Shown: in pieces, positions 60,321-64,000 of the stretch
How the letters are laid out: every line of letters begins with the position of its first letter
Numbering within the stretch: position 1 is the first letter of the stretch
Source of the DNA: an uncultured bacterium
GTDB taxonomy: Bacteria; Babelota; Babeliae; Babelales; Babelaceae
Direction of reading: 5' to 3'
DNA: 64,000 nt
NCBI GenBank assembly: GCA_963848965.1
Contig: CAWKFG010000001.1
Location: forward strand, 544,001 to 608,000
The notes under the pieces: model-generated
The model's database searches: none
What the model saw: only the letters and a program-made list of their open reading frames with translations
Told to the model about the DNA's origin: nothing
Program-made: the position numbers and the translations under genes

Positions 60321-60827
60321 ATGACTAGAGCTCTATCTTTCATCATTACAAGTAACTTCTTGCTACTCATCCTTTGTCACTCTTATACATCTACAATGGA
60401 ACCTATGAAAGAAGAGCCATCAACTTCGCGTTTATACGCTCTGCCTCCAGAGCTCAGAGCACAGACACTTCTTACTACTATAATGAAAGAACTTCAATCA
60501 AAAATGGGCCGTAAAATGTTAATGAGAGCACATAAAGCACTTGCTCCTCATGAAGAGCCACAACTAGAGTTAGATGAAGACGATATTCAATTTATCATCG
60601 CAAAATTGCAACCCTCTTTTTCTCATAAGGATTTTTCTACTTCGCGTACCATTGGCACGGTACTTTCTAGACTTGCTCCTTATTATAAAGGATCCCTCAA
60701 AGAACTTGGCCTCAAGATTAAGGAAGGGTTTCCTGAGAAAGAATACCCATTCTTTAACCAAGCTCTTCAAGAATGGTTGAAGGAACAAGCGGCAAAAGAG
60801 ACACAATCTTCTCAAAGTAGATTATAA
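60321..60827 (+). CDS. Secreted protein with an F-box-like motif
   Basis: AGGAGG RBS; signal then MEP; LYALPPELRAQTL; DDIQFIIAKLQPS, PEKEYPFFN. Confidence 0.75.
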   Translation: MTRALSFIITSNFLLLILCHSYTSTMEPMKEEPSTSRLYALPPELRAQTLLTTIMKELQSKMGRKMLMRAHKALAPHEEPQLELDEDDIQFIIAKLQPSFSHKDFSTSRTIGTVLSRLAPYYKGSLKELGLKIKEGFPEKEYPFFNQALQEWLKEQAAKETQSSQSRL

Positions 60828-60924
60828 CAACAAGCTTTCTATAGTTGCATCATAAAAAATAACAGATATACTTAAGAATATTAATTAATATTCTAATAAA
60901 TAATCTAAATACATTTGGTCTGTT

Positions 60925-61314
60925 ATGAAAATATTATTTTTTCTATCTATATTATTACTTAATGTAATTTACGCTCAGGCTATGGATACAGCAAAAGCGG
61001 TTAATTCTCAAAAGCCACTTACTATTCTCCATATTATTGATAATACAAAAACTACTGGTGGTGAGAATGCGGTAACCATTGAACATAAGACTGCAGCATC
61101 CTACTGGGGGCCTATGATATATGATTGCCCCATTCAAGACATAGTAGATATCCCTCTTTTTAAACGTGATATTGTAAGGGTCTATGGCCCAGGGGGAGTT
61201 TCTCTTCTTACCTATTGCCCTACAGGCAAATTCTCTCGTGTAAATCTTATCATTGGCAAAAGTAAAAAAAGTACTAAGATTGTTTTTGTACAAAACAAAG
61301 AGGACCTTCATTAA
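60925..61314 (+). CDS. Secreted hypothetical beta-rich protein
   Basis: Signal ending AQA, then MDT. Confidence 0.7.
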   Translation: MKILFFLSILLLNVIYAQAMDTAKAVNSQKPLTILHIIDNTKTTGGENAVTIEHKTAASYWGPMIYDCPIQDIVDIPLFKRDIVRVYGPGGVSLLTYCPTGKFSRVNLIIGKSKKSTKIVFVQNKEDLH

Positions 61315-62207
61315 GTATATTTTTTAAGAAGTTCTATTATATCTTTAAATCCAGACATTTTGGCAGGCGTTAAAGCAGTATTGCCTTTATTGTCTTTAGC
61401 ATTAACATCAGCACCATGAACTATAAGCATCTCTACTATAGCTTTATTTCCCCCAGATGCAGCTACTATTAAAGCAGTATTGCCATACTCATCTTGAGCA
61501 TTACCATCTGCACCAGATGCAAGTAGCATCTTTACTATATCTTTATATCCATTAGATGCAGCTTTCATTAAAGCAGTATCACCAGTTATGTCTTGAGCAT
61601 TAACATTTGTTCTATGAGCTAGAAGTAGTTCTACTATGTCTTTATAACCAAAAACTACTGCTCTCATTAAAGCTGTTTGATTAGTATTACTATTTACTTT
61701 AGCATTAACATTTATTCCTTTATTGAGAAAATCTTCAACTGCTTTAACATCTGCTTGGCCAACAGCCTTTAAAAATAGCAACTCTGTTGGACGACGTTGT
61801 AACCAGAGTGCAGCACCTGCTGTTTTAAGATCCTTTGCAATATCATCCTGCTTTTTAATATCATATCTTGTGTGGTAATCGTTAATCTTGATTACTTTAT
61901 ATTTCTTCTGCAGCTCATCTAATAGAGATTCAGTAAAAGGAATATCTTCAAAGAGGGTAGCATATTCTTGCTTTTGTGCGAGCTCTTGTATCTTATGTAA
62001 TGCCTCTGTGTATTCTAAGTCTTTTATAAGTACATGAATTACAAGAGGATTCAGTAAATTCTTAAGATCTTGCGGCAATAAACTTAAATAACTCGTCTCT
62101 TGCTTGCTTTTCTTATGCTCTCTTTCTTCTGCCATCTCAGACTCATGCTTCATACCTATAGCATTAAAACAGAAAGCTATGAGTAGAATATATAATACTT
62201 TAAACAT
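61311..62207 (-). CDS. F-box-like/ankyrin family member
   Basis: SYLSLLPQDLKNLL, LKTAGAALWL, about 5 ankyrin repeats. Confidence 0.9.
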   Translation of the reverse strand: MFKVLYILLIAFCFNAIGMKHESEMAEEREHKKSKQETSYLSLLPQDLKNLLNPLVIHVLIKDLEYTEALHKIQELAQKQEYATLFEDIPFTESLLDELQKKYKVIKINDYHTRYDIKKQDDIAKDLKTAGAALWLQRRPTELLFLKAVGQADVKAVEDFLNKGINVNAKVNSNTNQTALMRAVVFGYKDIVELLLAHRTNVNAQDITGDTALMKAASNGYKDIVKMLLASGADGNAQDEYGNTALIVAASGGNKAIVEMLIVHGADVNAKDNKGNTALTPAKMSGFKDIIELLKKYT

Positions 62208-62359
62208 GGGTACCCTTCTTTTCTCTTTATCTGCATGCTAAATATATCATAAAAGAAATTTATTTTCAATTCTATCAAAATATATTATTTTTGTTACACT
62301 AGTATAAAGAACTATATTCGTAATTAAAATATCCCTTAGAGACCGGAAAAGGCTTAAAA

Positions 62360-64000
62360 ATGAAAAAAATACTTTATTTAGTACTTATAGCATTTTCTAG
62401 TACTACTTATAGTATGGAGAAAGAAAAGGGCTCCTCAATTGAGCTATCAGTTGCCCAACTACCAGCTCCTTCTTTAAATGAGCAGGAAAAACATACCTTT
62501 GCTCAAATTCTTTTTAATAGATACAGAGTTACTGAAGCCTTTGCTGGCCTTATTGCTCAAAATCACTACCTTAACAAAACGCACACCGACCTCTGGGTTG
62601 ATGAAATTATCTCTCGCTGCTCTACTCTAGAAAGGCTAGAAAATGAATCTTCAGAGAGAGTAAAAGCTCTCTTAAAGCTTATTGACACTATATGCCTTAC
62701 TCACAGCAAAGACTACTGCTATCAAACAATAGCACCCCTTTTACAGATCTACCATTTTAATACTCATCAATGGGATACTTGTTTACACACTCTTATTGCC
62801 TATTATAAGGAAATACGCACACTTGCTGCAGATCTAAAACAAGAGTTTGCTACAAGTGATAGAAAAAAAAGAAAATTCTTAAGTAACCTCAAACGCGCTG
62901 TCGATATTCTCAATGAAATAGCAATAAAAGATCCCTACGCCGCTCTTGAAAAGGCTTTTTCTGAGCACCACCTTAATATAGGAAACAAAGAAAACCTGCA
63001 TGTCGTACTTGATACAGTAACAATACAACAACCTCATTTGAAACGAGATAAATCTGTTTTCGATCAATTTGACTCGTATTATGAAGGTAGAAAAAATATT
63101 TCTGCGACAGAAAAGGATATCCTTTATTACATTAGACTATGCCGCCTTAGAGAGATGCGAGCCTCAATAGAAACACATCTTAATAATCTTATAAGTCAAG
63201 TAGAACCATTTCAATCCTTATTAAGTACCATAGATACACTATCTCCTTACCAATGCTACGTACGTTCTCCTCTTCCGCTTCTTAATAATTCTCTTTACAA
63301 AGCATATACAAACGATAAAACTCCTCTTTATCCTCTTCGTATACTCATGGACCTTTCAGAAGCTGAAAAGGCCACATTCGCTCAAACAATAAGAGATCAT
63401 CTTGTTATTGCCCGCAACTTCTGCTATCTCAACACTGTCTATAAAGCAATTGAAAATGCATGGTCTCAATTGCCTCTCTATGCCCTTGAACAAAAATTAA
63501 AACAGCTTCTCCTTACTCTACAAACAGAACAAGCTGCTTCTAAACTTTCCGCAATTCCTCGCTCTACAGAGAGCTTAGAACAAGAATGTAAAGCGCTTAC
63601 TCTCTTTATCGCACAAACAAGAAAAAATATATGGCGCTACGTAAAAGAGCGCCTTTGTAAATCATTGTGGCAAGAAATTCAAGAAGCCGCTACCTGTCTT
63701 TTATCTATACCTCCTCAAACTATGTTTTTACTAGAATGTTATAAACTACTTGAACAACCACTCAGAGGATACAATCATGAAGCTCATGCTCACGCTCTTG
63801 TAAAAGAGTGGCAAGAGCTTTTTAAAGACAAAGTAGATCTTATCATTATTCTAGATTATACCGTTTGTCCCTATATAACTCACGTATATACTACACTTTC
63901 AGGCCATGAATTTCCTCTTACTTTATGTCCTCCACAAGAAAAGCTTAGCTCAACCATCTCTTCGGTAAAAAGAAAGATGGAAAGTTACATACAAGTATTT
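62360..64000 (+). CDS. Large secreted helical protein, 3' end outside the window (not in the ORF track)
   Basis: ATG 62360, MKKILYLVLIAFSSTTYS-MEKEK, open for 547 codons to the window edge by manual translation. Confidence 0.85.
   Translation, partial: MKKILYLVLIAFSSTTYSMEKEKGSSIELSVAQLPAPSLNEQEKHTFAQILFNRYRVTEAFAGLIAQNHYLNKTHTDLWVDEIISRCSTLERLENESSERVKALLKLIDTICLTHSKDYCYQTIAPLLQIYHFNTHQWDTCLHTLIAYYKEIRTLAADLKQEFATSDRKKRKFLSNLKRAVDILNEIAIKDPYAALEKAFSEHHLNIGNKENLHVVLDTVTIQQPHLKRDKSVFDQFDSYYEGRKNISATEKDILYYIRLCRLREMRASIETHLNNLISQVEPFQSLLSTIDTLSPYQCYVRSPLPLLNNSLYKAYTNDKTPLYPLRILMDLSEAEKATFAQTIRDHLVIARNFCYLNTVYKAIENAWSQLPLYALEQKLKQLLLTLQTEQAASKLSAIPRSTESLEQECKALTLFIAQTRKNIWRYVKERLCKSLWQEIQEAATCLLSIPPQTMFLLECYKLLEQPLRGYNHEAHAHALVKEWQELFKDKVDLIIILDYTVCPYITHVYTTLSGHEFPLTLCPPQEKLSSTISSVKRKMESYIQVF

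Noticed and set aside
34602..62207. Diversity-generating retroelement as the source of ankyrin variation
   Set aside because: No reverse transcriptase in the window; shared blocks are either identical or differ at all base types, not only at adenines
535..63067. Short antisense or overlapping ORFs in the track (e.g. 3053..3292, 16031..16483, 41804..42127, 45441..45791, 50314..50655, 62879..63067)
   Set aside because: They are shadows of longer motif-bearing genes; repeat codon patterns keep the antisense frames open

Overview
AT-rich bacterial chromosome segment that looks like an obligate intracellular parasite of protists. The profile fits Dependentiae/Babelota (TM6), but this is inferred from gene content, not shown. 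A few housekeeping genes (recF, dnaN, zwf, dcd, nfi, TolC, M20 aminoacylase) sit among about 40 signal-peptide proteins, many with eukaryote-like domains: WD40 proteins with bipartite NLS-like motifs, two tandem RING-between-RING (RBR) E3 ligases, a MYND finger, a J-domain and a PD-(D/E)XK nuclease. From about 34 kb to 62 kb there is an expanded family of signal peptide + F-box-like + helical + ankyrin genes (14 copies including one at 3.7 kb, three frameshifted, plus small remnants). Their ankyrin half-repeats are shared patchwork-fashion between paralogs, and two copies share a perfect 252-bp inverted block. The array is interleaved with AAA_14/DUF4143 ATPase-nucleases and preceded by Fic and VapBC modules. 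It overlaps an apparent G-to-C skew switch (probable terminus) and a cluster of intergenic XerC-arm-like half-sites (GYCGYATAA), and a catalytically dead XerD-like gene lies at 5.7 kb. The best candidate for an undescribed system is a terminus-located, recombinationally shuffled library of ubiquitin-hijacking effectors. Also found: a tandem two-unit structured sRNA candidate, a second sRNA candidate, a leader-peptide candidate and a recurring signal-peptide-then-Met motif. All domain calls are by eye from motifs; no searches were run.
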